From Alphaproteobacteria bacterium (lineage in GTDB: Bacteria; Pseudomonadota; Alphaproteobacteria; MPNO01; UBA830), in contig OZ219790.1 in NCBI GenBank assembly GCA_964291215.2, forward strand, positions 704,001 through 768,000: a stretch of DNA of 64,000 nucleotides. Direction: 5' to 3'. Of the stretch, positions 22,154 to 33,947 are shown in pieces. The first letter of the stretch is position 1, and each line of letters begins with the position of its first letter. Position numbers and translations under genes: made by a program. Below the pieces are notes generated by a model. That model ran no database searches, was not told the origin of the DNA, and saw only the letters and a list, made by a program, of their open reading frames with translations.

Positions 22154-23192
22154 ACTGCTCCTTCCTGGCCGCCAGCCGGAAACCCGGCGCCCGAATTCCG
22201 CCTGCGAACCTCTCCGCACCTCCCGGCCCGCTACGGCGACGAGACCGACGAATGCGCACTCCCAAGTACCGGTTGTACACCAGACCCAGCGTTTCTCTAC
22301 CAGTATTCTCTCTTGCCATGAAGCAAGATAAACTGCTCTCTATTACACTGTTTTCAAAGCCTGCGCAAAGTTTTTTTCAGTCCCGCCGCCGTTTCCGGCC
22401 GCTGACATGAACGAAAAGCCTGCATGGTCAACGGCACGTCTTGGTTATCACGCGACGGACACACAGGGCCGCTTTCCGCCAACAGCCTCACGCCTCCCTG
22501 CATCAGGATGGCCCCGTTCACGCCCCCGGGATACACCCGCCGCGCAACACTTCCGGCTCCTCTGCGATCCCCGGCCACCCCGGCCTCAGCATCGCGCCAG
22601 ACATGCCGGACGCGCGCAGGCGCCTCAGAACCGCCGCATCACACCACGGGTGAACTGGAACATTTTGATATTATCAAGAAACAAACCACTTCATATAGAT
22701 ATTTGAAACCCATCCACGATCGCCGACCTCTCGGTCACCGTTCGCGATGCCGGACGGCCGGGGTCACGGTTGGCCTCCTGGCGTACGGAGTAACGGGCCG
22801 AGCCCATGCGACCAGCCCTGGACGGAAACCGGAGACGAGCCGATGTCCTGTAGCCGCGATCGCCACCGCCGCCCACAACCCGTGGTCCGGAGGCGTCAGC
22901 ACTGCCCGCCTTGCCGGCGAGCTGCGCAGGCAGGCGGGAAGTCGCGAATCGGCAGCGTCGGCAATTTGCGGCTCTCCGGCCTCATCCCCGGGCCCGTCGC
23001 GGCACCAGTAACTCGCGCGAGCCCCGGTTCCGCGAACGGCCCCGCGACAACCGCGAATCTGGCTACCAACACCAGATGATGATGCACGGACACGTTTGCG
23101 AGCAAATCACGCCCGCATCTTGCGGTGGCCGGACCTTCCCGCCCGGCCAGCCGGTCTCCGCACATTCAGGTCAAGGGGCGTGCCGGAAAAAC

Positions 23193-24434
23193 CACGACGA
23201 TCCCATGCTAATCACCTGAATCTAAAGTTCGTGGCATAAGTTTTGTTCGACGCGGAGACAGAAGCGCTTGACGGCGGCGAGGATTTCGTCGGCTGATTTG
23301 GTCCACTTGAAGGGCTTGGGATTTTCGTTGTGGGTTGAAGGCCCGGATGTCGGTTTCGAGTTGCAAGGTCGAGCGGCCACGTTGCAACTGCTTGCGGGTC
23401 AGTTCGGCGAACCAGCGCTCGACCTGCACGAGGCGGATGTCGGCGTGAAGTGGACGTGCCAGTGCGGCCGCCGAACCAGCCAGACCGCGGCGGTCTTGTG
23501 GGTGGCGTAGTTGTCCATGACGATGTCGAGGCCGTCCGGAACATTGCGGTCGATCACCTTGAGGAAGTCGAGGAACTCCTTGGCCCGGTGGCGTCTGTTG
23601 CCGATGACCGCGCCGGTGGCGACGCGGCGAACAGCGAGGTCGTTCCGTTGCGCTTGTAGTCATGGGTGCGCCGCTCAGGGATGCCGGGCAGCAGGACCGG
23701 CTGGGTGCGGGCCTGGCTCTTTTCGTCGACGCCCAGCGCGCGATCCGGCGGCGAGAGGATGTCGCGGACCTTATCGACGAAGTGCGGATCACGGGAGAGC
23801 TTGAACGTCTCGGCCCGGTGCAGGCCGAAGGCGCCCCAGATGCGCCAGATCGACGTCAGCCCCGCCTCCTTCGCCATCGAGCGCAGCGACCAGTGGGTCG
23901 CGGGCGTCGAGGTGAGCGTGCGCTCGATCACTTCCGCCACCTTCTCGTCCGCGATGCTCCGCGGGCGTCCCGGCTCAGCCCCTCGATGCGGTCCTTGACA
24001 AAGCGCTTGCGCCACTTGCCGACGGTGTGCACGCCGATCTCTGCGGCCACCGCCTTGTTGCCAAGCCCGTCCGCGCAACGCAGGATTATGCGGCCGACAG
24101 CGAGCGCGCCACACGGTGGCGGCGAACCTGCGCCTCCAGATACGACCGATCGCTCAAGACCAGCACCGCCAAGGGCCGTCCCGTGGCATCGCCATGACCT
24201 CCGTGTTCACACTCCGACCGCCATCATACAATCATACTTACTTCAGTTCCAGATGACTAATTCAGAGACGCGAAATCCGAATGCGTTGAGGCTCGGCTCA
24301 TCACAGATCGCCTCCTTGATCGCAATTTTCGTGCCAAGAAAGTCCCATCGAGCCTTGGCAGCACGATTGCAGCGCGACGCAAACTGAGAAAATCTCGCCA
24401 GTCGTCGCCGGATTAGCAGCGTGGGATCATCGTG
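23193..24434. mobile_element. Putative MITE (about 193 bp without the nested IS630)
   Basis: TIRs CACGACGATCCCATGCT / AGCGTGGGATCATCGTG (15/17 match). Perfect 9-bp TSD CGGAAAAAC at 23184-23192 and 24435-24443. Confidence 0.85.
23211..24257 (-). mobile_element. IS630-family element, copy B, transposase destroyed by 16 small deletions
   Basis: Colinear with 1996-3148. TA duplication at 23209-23210 and 24258-24259. Confidence 0.95.
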
Positions 24435-24476
24435 CGGAAAAACCCGCATTGCCCGGCGGCAAACGGCCGCCGGCGT

Positions 24477-26094
<1,618 letters not shown>

Positions 26095-26151
26095 CAGGCC
26101 GTCTCCGGACACCGGAGAGGGGTCTCCGCGCCGGCGATGCCGCGCCCCGGC

Positions 26152-27939
26152 CTAGACAAGGATCATCCCCTCTTCCGAGACCGGCGTTTCGGCCTCGTCG
26201 CCGGGTCCGAGCAGCATTTCATTATGCGCCGCCCCCGACGGAATCATCGGGAAGCAATTCTCGGCCTGATCTACCTGGATATCGGCGAGAACCGGGCGGT
26301 CGACAGAGATCATCTCGGAAATCACGCCGTCGACTTCGTCCGGCCTTGTCGCGCGGAGTCCGACCCAGTGGCAGGCCTCGGCCAGCTTGACCATGTCGGG
26401 CAGCGCATCGGTGTAGCTCTCCGCATAGCGCCCGCCATGGAGCAGCTCCTGCCACTGGCGCACCATCCCCATGTACTGGTTGTTGATGACAAAGACCTTG
26501 ATCGGCGTACGGTACTGAACCGCGGTCGACATCTCCTGCATGTTCATCAGGAACGACGCCTCGCCGGCAATGTCGATCACGAGCGATCCGGGATGGGCGA
26601 CCTGGACGCCGATCGCGGCCGGCAGGCCATACCCCATCGTTCCAAGTCCGCCCGACGTCATCCAGCGGTTCGGTTCCTCGAACTTGTAGAACTGTGCCGC
26701 CCACATCTGGTGCTGGCCGACCTCGGTGGTGATGTAGCAGTCGCGGTCGCGAGTCTGTTCGTAGAGGCGCTGGATAGCGTATTGCGGTTTGATCAACGTC
26801 TTCGACGGCTGATACTTGAGGCAATCCTTGCGGCGCCATTGCGCGATCTTGTTCCACCAAGCCTTGAGCGCCTTGCCGTCGAGCTTCATCTCCCGCGCCT
26901 TCCAGGCCCTGAGCAATTGGCCGACGACCGTGCCCACATCACCCACGATCGGAAGATCGACGGCAACATTCTTGTTGATCGACGACGGATCGATGTCGAC
27001 ATGGATCCGCTTCGAATGCGGCGAAAAATCGGCGAGGCGGCCGGTAATCCGGTCGTCGAACCGCGCGCCGACCGCGATCACGAGATCGGCTTCGTGCATG
27101 GCCAGGTTGGCCTCGTAGGTGCCATGCATGCCCAGCATGCCGAGGAATTGCGGGTCGGAGCCCGGATAGGCTCCGAGGCCCATCAGCGTGAGGGTGATCG
27201 GAATGCCCGTCAGCCTGACGAGGCGCTGAAGCTGGCGCGACGCCGCCGGCCCCGAATTGATCACGCCGCCGCCACAATAGAATACCGGCCGTCTGGCCGC
27301 GGCGATCATTTCCACCGCCTCGTCGATCTCGCGCTTGTGCGCGCGCAGGCGCGGCCGGTAGGTCGGATGGCCGGCCTCCTTGGGCGCCACATAGGTGCCC
27401 TTGCCCATGAGAATGTCCTTGGGCAGGTCGATGACGACCGGGCCCGGACGCCCGCTACGCGCCACATAGAACGCCTCGTGGACGGTCTTCGCCAGTTGCG
27501 AGATGTCCTTCACCAGATAGTTGTGCTTGGTGCAGGGACGGGTGATTCCGGTCGTGTCGGCTTCCTGGAACGCGTCGTTACCGATGAGGTGGGTCGGTAC
27601 CTGTCCAGTCAGGCAGACCACAGGGATGCTGTCCATGAGCGCATCGGTCAGCCCGGTAACCGCATTGGTCGCGCCCGGCCCCGAGGTAACGAGCACGACG
27701 CCGACCCTGCCGGTGGACCGCGCATAGCCCTCGGCCATGTGTACTGCACCGCCTTCTTGGCGGACGAGGACATGGCGAAGACGGTTTTGCATGAAGATTT
27801 CGTCGTAGATGGGCAGCACCGCGCCGCCCGGATAACCGAACACGGTATCCACACCCTCGTTCAGGAGGGCCTTGATGACGATCTCTGATCCGTTCACGTC
27901 CCTGCTCCACGCCGGTTGTCCTGCGCTGGTTTTCGCCAC
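26152..27939 (-). CDS. ilvI: Acetolactate synthase large subunit
   Basis: FGYPGGAVLP, TSGPGATN, GMHG, VGQHQMW, GMVRQWQ. Start uncertain (GTG). Confidence 0.96.
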   Translation of the reverse strand: MAKTSAGQPAWSRDVNGSEIVIKALLNEGVDTVFGYPGGAVLPIYDEIFMQNRLRHVLVRQEGGAVHMAEGYARSTGRVGVVLVTSGPGATNAVTGLTDALMDSIPVVCLTGQVPTHLIGNDAFQEADTTGITRPCTKHNYLVKDISQLAKTVHEAFYVARSGRPGPVVIDLPKDILMGKGTYVAPKEAGHPTYRPRLRAHKREIDEAVEMIAAARRPVFYCGGGVINSGPAASRQLQRLVRLTGIPITLTLMGLGAYPGSDPQFLGMLGMHGTYEANLAMHEADLVIAVGARFDDRITGRLADFSPHSKRIHVDIDPSSINKNVAVDLPIVGDVGTVVGQLLRAWKAREMKLDGKALKAWWNKIAQWRRKDCLKYQPSKTLIKPQYAIQRLYEQTRDRDCYITTEVGQHQMWAAQFYKFEEPNRWMTSGGLGTMGYGLPAAIGVQVAHPGSLVIDIAGEASFLMNMQEMSTAVQYRTPIKVFVINNQYMGMVRQWQELLHGGRYAESYTDALPDMVKLAEACHWVGLRATRPDEVDGVISEMISVDRPVLADIQVDQAENCFPMIPSGAAHNEMLLGPGDEAETPVSEEGMILV

Positions 27940-28118
27940 GGTCCCGCCCGCAGATTGCTGCCGCTTGAGCCGCATGCAACGGCCGCGACAGCTCACGCGG
28001 TCACGATACGGGATACGGGCGTCCGCCGACATCGCCCGGCCGACGCCAGATTCCGGCGACGCGACACGGCAACGGGAAATTGCCCAGGACAGGTTGCCAA
28101 GCGTCGGAAACTATACGG

Positions 28119-29045
28119 CTATCGACTGCCGGTCAACAGGAATTTGCCGACCGCTGCGAGGACACCGGCACCGGTGTCCTCCGCGTGGGCGGCGCCCAGG
28201 GTCAGGTCCGCCCTGAACCGGTTGCGGAACCACGTCATCTGGCGTTTGGCGTAACGGCGCGTGTCGCGCCCGGCGCAACTCACCATCTCGTCCTCCGAGA
28301 TGCCGCCCTCGAGCAGGCGTGCGATCGGCCGCACTCCGACCGCTTTCCACAGGGGGCAGTCGTCGGGAGGACGGGCGGTGATGAAGGCCTCGACCTCAGC
28401 GACAGCGCCGGCCGTCACCATCCGGCGGAACCGCCGTTCGCAGGCGGAATAGAGAAGGTCGCGCGGCGGCATGACCGCGATGTTCAGGAAGACGGTATCG
28501 GACACGCCGTCCCGGACCTCCGCGTCCCGCCAGTCCGCAAGGCCGCGACCGGTGTGCGAGAGCACTTCCAGCGCCCGTACGATCCGCTGGCTGTCGCCGG
28601 GGGCGAGCCGACGAGCGGTCTCGGGGTCCAGCCGCGCCAGTTCGCGATGCAGCGCCCGGGCCCCCTCGGCTTCGAGCCGCCGGCGAACGGCCTCGCGAAC
28701 CGTGCGCGGAACCTGCGGAATCCGGTGCAAGCCGTCGAGGAGCGCGCTCAGATAGAGGCCGGATCCGCCGACGATCACCGGCAGGCGGCCGGTCGCCGCA
28801 CAGCTGTTGATTTCCATCCCGGCCATGTCCCGCCAGTCTCCGGCGGTGCGGCGTTCGTCACTGGCGAGAAAGCCGTAGAGGCGGTGCGGCACCCGCGCCT
28901 CGTCGGCGGCGGTCGGACGCGCGGTGAGGATTGCCAGATCACGGTAGAGCTGCAGCGAATCGGCGTTGATCACCGTGCCGCCAAACGCACCGGCGATGGC
29001 CTGGGCGAGGCGGGACTTGCCGCCCGCGGTCGGGCCGGCGATCAC
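28119..29045 (-). CDS. miaA: tRNA dimethylallyltransferase
   Basis: GPTAGGKS, NADSLQLY, VGGSGLY, TRRYAKRQMTW. True start may be about 29066. Confidence 0.95.
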   Translation of the reverse strand: MIAGPTAGGKSRLAQAIAGAFGGTVINADSLQLYRDLAILTARPTAADEARVPHRLYGFLASDERRTAGDWRDMAGMEINSCAATGRLPVIVGGSGLYLSALLDGLHRIPQVPRTVREAVRRRLEAEGARALHRELARLDPETARRLAPGDSQRIVRALEVLSHTGRGLADWRDAEVRDGVSDTVFLNIAVMPPRDLLYSACERRFRRMVTAGAVAEVEAFITARPPDDCPLWKAVGVRPIARLLEGGISEDEMVSCAGRDTRRYAKRQMTWFRNRFRADLTLGAAHAEDTGAGVLAAVGKFLLTGSR

Positions 29046-29062
29046 GATGGCGGCCTGCGTGG

Positions 29063-30577
29063 TCAGCCCTTGTCGATCTCCAGAGCGACGAAGCGCCGCG
29101 TTCCCCGCGACTCGACAAGCAGAAGCACCGTCGTCTGTCCGGCCTTGCCAACGTCCCGCACCAACTCCGCAACCTCGGAGGACATCTTCACGGTGCGCTG
29201 GTCCGGGCCGATCTTGCGGATGATGGTTCCCGGTACGATGGCCTTTCGCGCTGCCGGGCCGTTTTTCGCAACCGCGGTGACGACAACGCCCTCGGCAGCC
29301 GCGTCAAGTTCGAATTTCTTCCGGAGTTCGGGCGTCAACGGCGACACCGTGAATCCGAGTTCGGCGATCTTGACACTCCGCGCCGCCATACCCGTCTGCG
29401 TTGGCGCCGCCGCATGTACGTCATCGTCCGGGAATTCGCCCAGAATCACCGTGACGGAACGGCGCGCACCGTCGCGCCAGACCTCAACGGCGACCGATTT
29501 TCCGGCCGCGGTTTCCGCCACCAGTCGGGGCAGGCGGCGCATCTTGCCGACATCCCTGCCGTCAAATCGCAGAATGACATCGCCGACCTTGATGCCGTGC
29601 TCCTCGGCCGGCCCGTCGGTGGTGACCGCCGCCACTAGGGCGCCGGTAGCCTCCGGCAGGTCGAGCGCGCGGGCGATTTCGCCCGTAACCGTCTGGATCT
29701 GCACACCCAGCCATCCCCGGCGGGCCCTGCCGAACTTCTCCAGCTGCTCGAGGATCGGACCTGCGAGATTGGAGGGGATCGCGAAACCGACGCCGACGCT
29801 GTGGCCGGCCGGTGCCAAGATGGCGGTGTTGATGCCGACCACCTCGCCGGCGACATTGAACATCGGACCGCCGGAATTGCCCTGGTTGATCGACGCGTCG
29901 GTCTGGATGAAGTCATCATAAGGGCCGGCGCGAATGTCGCGCTGGCGGCCGCTGACGATGCCCGCCGTGACCGTCCCGCCAAGGCCGAACGGATTTCCTA
30001 TGGCAACCACCCAGTCGCCGACGCGCAGCTTCGACGAATCACCGAAGGTCACCGTCGGCAGGTCTCCACCGGCCTTGACCTTGAGCAGCGCGAGATCGGT
30101 CTTGGCGTCGCGGCCGACGACTTCGGCCATCAGTTTTGTCTCGTCCTGAAGGGTGACCGTGATCTCGTCGGCCTCCTCGATGACGTGATTGTTGGTCACG
30201 ATATAGCCGGACGAACTGATGACAAAACCCGATCCGAGCGAGGTGGTCGGCCTCTGCTGGTCGAAGAACTGCCGGAAGAACTCCTCGAACGCCGATCCCG
30301 GCGGCAAGCGCGGTGACGGCGGAGCGGGCTGGTCCTCGTTCCGTTTCTCGGATGCCTGCACGGTCGAGATATTCACGACAGCAGGAAGCAGCCGGTCAAC
30401 GAGATCGGCGAAACCCGCCGGCGGAGGAGCGGCGACGGGAGCGCGCCCGACGCCGATTGCAAGGAGCGCGACGGTGACGGCGGCAACCGCCGCGAAACGG
30501 CGCGGTGCGCCTCGCGCCCCAGACCGGGGCGGGCGGTTCGGTGACGGCCGTCTTTCCCTCGCTCGCAGCATGGTCAA
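29063..30577 (-). CDS. degP: DegP/DegQ (HtrA) serine protease with two PDZ domains
   Basis: LGSGF, TNNHV, DLALLK, GNSGGP. Confidence 0.93.
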   Translation of the reverse strand: MTMLRARERRPSPNRPPRSGARGAPRRFAAVAAVTVALLAIGVGRAPVAAPPPAGFADLVDRLLPAVVNISTVQASEKRNEDQPAPPSPRLPPGSAFEEFFRQFFDQQRPTTSLGSGFVISSSGYIVTNNHVIEEADEITVTLQDETKLMAEVVGRDAKTDLALLKVKAGGDLPTVTFGDSSKLRVGDWVVAIGNPFGLGGTVTAGIVSGRQRDIRAGPYDDFIQTDASINQGNSGGPMFNVAGEVVGINTAILAPAGHSVGVGFAIPSNLAGPILEQLEKFGRARRGWLGVQIQTVTGEIARALDLPEATGALVAAVTTDGPAEEHGIKVGDVILRFDGRDVGKMRRLPRLVAETAAGKSVAVEVWRDGARRSVTVILGEFPDDDVHAAAPTQTGMAARSVKIAELGFTVSPLTPELRKKFELDAAAEGVVVTAVAKNGPAARKAIVPGTIIRKIGPDQRTVKMSSEVAELVRDVGKAGQTTVLLLVESRGTRRFVALEIDKG

Positions 30578-31470
30578 GGTTGTTCGGACCCTCCCTTCGG
30601 GACCGGAGGCTTTCCTGACAGATCATTGAAAAATCTGAAGAATTCGCTGTCCGGAGAGAGCACCATCGTGGTCCCTTGTCCAAGCGCCTCGCCATAGGCC
30701 TCAAGCGAGCGGTAGAAGGCGAAGAATTCGGGATCGCGCGAGAACGCATCTATGAGGATTGTGGTCTTTTGCGCCTCCCCCTCGCCACGCAGGATCTGGG
30801 CATCGCGCCGCGCCTCGGCAAGAATGACGGTGCGTTCGCGATCCGCGTCGGCCTGGATCCGTGCCTTGACCTCCGCCCCCTCGGACCTCAGCTTGGCCGC
30901 CTGCGCCACGCGCGACGAGCGCATGCGGTTATAGACCGATTCGCTGGTGGTGTCGGGCAGGTCAGTCCGTCCGATGCGGACATCGACAACCGATATGCCG
31001 AACTCGGCTGCTTGCAACTTGAGCTGTTCGGTAATTTCGGCCATCACGTCGTCGCGCTTGCTCGACAGCACGTCGGCGAGAATTATGCGCCCGACCTGGG
31101 CGCGCACGGCCGAATTCAGGCGGCGGCCGAAGATGCTGATGAAGTTCTGCTCGGTATCGGCGCGCTGGCGGAACTTGAGCGGCGAAACGATGCGGTAGCG
31201 CACGTAGGCGTCGACAATGATCCGTTTCTGATCAGCAAGGATGATCTCCTGGGCCGGCGGGTCGAGGCTCAGCACCCTGCGATCATAGTAGGTCGCGCTG
31301 CGCCAGGGCAGCTTGAAGTGCAGACCGGGGTCGCGCTCCTCGTGACGCGGCTGGCCGAATTCGAGAATCAGCGCCTGACGGGTCTCGTGGACCGTGTACA
31401 CGCAGCTGAACAGGATCACGCCGGCGACGATGACCGCCAGCCCGGCGATGATGAGGCGAAGGTTCGACAT
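30574..31470 (-). CDS. hflC: FtsH modulator HflC
   Basis: SPFH domain, PGLHFK, FFAFYRSLEAY, VLSPDSEFF. Confidence 0.95.
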   Translation of the reverse strand: MSNLRLIIAGLAVIVAGVILFSCVYTVHETRQALILEFGQPRHEERDPGLHFKLPWRSATYYDRRVLSLDPPAQEIILADQKRIIVDAYVRYRIVSPLKFRQRADTEQNFISIFGRRLNSAVRAQVGRIILADVLSSKRDDVMAEITEQLKLQAAEFGISVVDVRIGRTDLPDTTSESVYNRMRSSRVAQAAKLRSEGAEVKARIQADADRERTVILAEARRDAQILRGEGEAQKTTILIDAFSRDPEFFAFYRSLEAYGEALGQGTTMVLSPDSEFFRFFNDLSGKPPVPKGGSEQP

Positions 31471-32606
31471 CACTGGTTGGCTCCTTCGGCGCGCTTGCGC
31501 AATTCGGGCAGCGGCAGGTAGGGAACGACACCGCCCTGCCCCTTGTCGATGATGACCTTCTCGGAGTTCTTCATGACTTCCTGCATGCGTTCGAGATAGA
31601 GCCGGCGCAAGGTCACGTCGCGTCCGCCCATGTACGCGTCATACACCGAGATGAAACGCTTGGCCTCACCATCTGCTTCCTTGATCAACTGTTCCCGGTA
31701 GGCCTTGGCTTCGGCGCGCAACCGCTCGGCCTCGCCCTTGGCCTTGGGCAGGATGTCGTTGCGATACGCATTGGCCTCGTTTTCCTGGCGCTCCTTGTCC
31801 TGGCGCGCCCGCTGCACGTCGTTGAAGGCATCGATCACCTTCTGCGGCGGGTCGACCTTCTGGAGCTTGACCTCGGCGATGATGACACCGGCCCTGTACT
31901 CGTCGAGAATTCTCTGGAGCACATCCTTGGTCCGTGCCTCGACCTCCTGGCGCTTGGTTGCAAGAGTCTCCTCAAGCGGCGTCTGGCCGACGACCTCCCT
32001 GATCGAACTCTCCGCGCCGCGCTTGATGGTCTGCTCCGGGTCGCGAATGTTGTAGAGGAAGTCGCGCGGCTTGCCAATGCGCCACTGGACCACGAAATCG
32101 ATGTCAATGATGTTCTGGTCGCTGGTCAGCATCAGGCTTTCTTCGGCGATGTCGCGGATGTTCTCCGTGCGGCTGACATTGCCCAGCGCACGGAAGCCGA
32201 TATTGACCTGGTTGGTGCGTTCGACATTGGGGGTCACAACCGATCCGATAGGCCACGGCGCCCAGAAATTGAGGCCCGGGTCAGTGGTCTTCACGAAACG
32301 GCCGAAGAGAAGCTCCACGCCCTTTTCGCCGGGCTGCACGCGGTAGAGCCCGGTGAGCATCCATACCAGCACCGCCAGCAGGATGATGAGAAGCACGGTA
32401 CGGAAACCGCCGAGGCCGCCGGGCAGAAACCCGCGGAAACGCTCCTGGCCCTTGCGGATCAGACCCTCGAAGTCAGGCGGCCCCGACTGGCCACCACCGC
32501 CACCCCAGGGCCCCTGACCGCCCCTGCCCTGGCCGCCCCAGGGGCCCTGGCCACCGCCGCCCCACGGACCGCCGCCGTTGCCGCCGCCTTGCTGTTTCCA
32601 TGGCAT
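31470..32606 (-). CDS. hflK: FtsH modulator HflK
   Basis: MPW..GPWG N-terminus, LMLTSDQN, VIDAFNDVQ, RLYLE, VVPYLPL. Confidence 0.96.
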   Translation of the reverse strand: MPWKQQGGGNGGGPWGGGGQGPWGGQGRGGQGPWGGGGGQSGPPDFEGLIRKGQERFRGFLPGGLGGFRTVLLIILLAVLVWMLTGLYRVQPGEKGVELLFGRFVKTTDPGLNFWAPWPIGSVVTPNVERTNQVNIGFRALGNVSRTENIRDIAEESLMLTSDQNIIDIDFVVQWRIGKPRDFLYNIRDPEQTIKRGAESSIREVVGQTPLEETLATKRQEVEARTKDVLQRILDEYRAGVIIAEVKLQKVDPPQKVIDAFNDVQRARQDKERQENEANAYRNDILPKAKGEAERLRAEAKAYREQLIKEADGEAKRFISVYDAYMGGRDVTLRRLYLERMQEVMKNSEKVIIDKGQGGVVPYLPLPELRKRAEGANQ

Positions 32607-32849
32607 GCTGTCACCCCACCTGCTTCGATATGGCCCGGTTCACGTCTCCGGAAGGCCGCGTTGCGGCGCACTTGGCGCCGCAGACACCGAAGGCACGGGC
32701 GGGGCCAGCCCCGAACCGTGTTTTCCGGCGCGTCCGGTTGAGTCTATACTTCTGTTGTACGGCAGTTCCTGCCAACGCGCAATCCCGACCCGACTGCGGG
32801 AACGCGCATCGCTCACAGCGTATCGAAGTTCCTGCGGGGAAGTCAAGAC

Positions 32850-33932
32850 ATGGCACAGCCAAGCGAGCGCGAAATCACGGCCGCACTGGCGTCGGTGAGC
32901 CTGCCTGACGGCTCCCGGGACCTGATGTCGTCCGGCCTGGTCTCCGGCCTCGCCGTCAAGGACGGCCATGTGCAGTTCGCGCTCGATATCGCGCCCGAAC
33001 AAGCCGACAGGATGGAGCCCGTGCGCCGGGCTGCGGAGCGGGCAGCGCAAGCAGTACCGGGAGTGCTCTCGGTGACCGCGGTCCTGTCCGCGCACCGCGC
33101 AGCGCCGGAGCAGGCACAGACGGCGCCGGAACTGCTGCCCCAAGTCGGCGCCATCGTGGCTGTCGCATCGGGCAAGGGCGGCGTCGGAAAGTCGACCACG
33201 GCAGCGAACCTCGCGCTCTCGTTCCGCGCGCTGGGGTTGCGCACAGCGATGCTCGACGCCGATATCTACGGTCCGTCCCTGCCGACAATGATGGGGATTT
33301 CGGGACGGCCGTCCTCGCCCGACGGTCGTACCATCATTCCCCTCGAGGCGCACGGTATCACCTGCATGTCAATCGGGTTCCTCGTGCCCGCGAACACCGC
33401 GATGATCTGGCGCGGGCCGATGGTCATGGGCGCGCTCGAACAGATGATGCGCGACGTCCAGTGGGGGCCCCAGGACATACTGGTCGTCGACATGCCGCCG
33501 GGAACCGGCGACGTGCAGTTGACCATGGCCCAGCGCGTGCCGGTTGCCGGCGCGGTACTGGTTTCGACACCCCAGGACCTGGCGCTCATCGATGTCCGCA
33601 AGGGCCTCGACATGTTCCGCAAGGTCGATGTGCCCGTGCTCGGGCTGATCGAGAACATGAGCTACTTCCTGTGCCCCGGTTGCGGCGAGCGGTCCGAGAT
33701 ATTCACCCACGGCGGCGCGCGCACGGCGGCCGGCGAGACGGGCATCGACTTCCTCGGCGAGATTCCGCTCGACATGGCGATCCGCGAAGCCGCCGATTCG
33801 GGACAGCCGGTGGTCGCGCGCGACGGGTCCGGTGCGCACGCTGCAGCCTACCGGAGCATCGCGGAACGGATATGGCAGAAGGTCGGCGGCGGCGCATCGC
33901 TGCCGGACGCGCCGCGGATCGTCTTCGAATAG
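32850..33932 (+). CDS. apbC: Mrp/ApbC Fe-S cluster carrier ATPase
   Basis: SGKGGVGKST, DADIYGPS, WRGPM, DMPPGTGD, ENMS..CPGC. Confidence 0.93.
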   Translation: MAQPSEREITAALASVSLPDGSRDLMSSGLVSGLAVKDGHVQFALDIAPEQADRMEPVRRAAERAAQAVPGVLSVTAVLSAHRAAPEQAQTAPELLPQVGAIVAVASGKGGVGKSTTAANLALSFRALGLRTAMLDADIYGPSLPTMMGISGRPSSPDGRTIIPLEAHGITCMSIGFLVPANTAMIWRGPMVMGALEQMMRDVQWGPQDILVVDMPPGTGDVQLTMAQRVPVAGAVLVSTPQDLALIDVRKGLDMFRKVDVPVLGLIENMSYFLCPGCGERSEIFTHGGARTAAGETGIDFLGEIPLDMAIREAADSGQPVVARDGSGAHAAAYRSIAERIWQKVGGGASLPDAPRIVFE

Positions 33933-33947
33933 CGGCAGGGCAAGGAC

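Noticed and set aside
22154-22330. Leu-rich leader peptide or attenuator upstream of leuA (likewise upstream of ilvI)
   Set aside because: I found no short ORF with clustered Leu/Ile/Val codons followed by a terminator.
23211-24257. Ordinary sequencing error as the cause of the IS frameshifts
   Set aside because: The gaps are 5-7 bp, outside homopolymers, partly shared between copies, and absent from about 50 kb of adjacent intact genes. An artefact cannot be fully excluded without reads.
32480-32600. Gly-rich GPWGG repeats
   Set aside because: This is the normal low-complexity N-terminus of alphaproteobacterial HflK.
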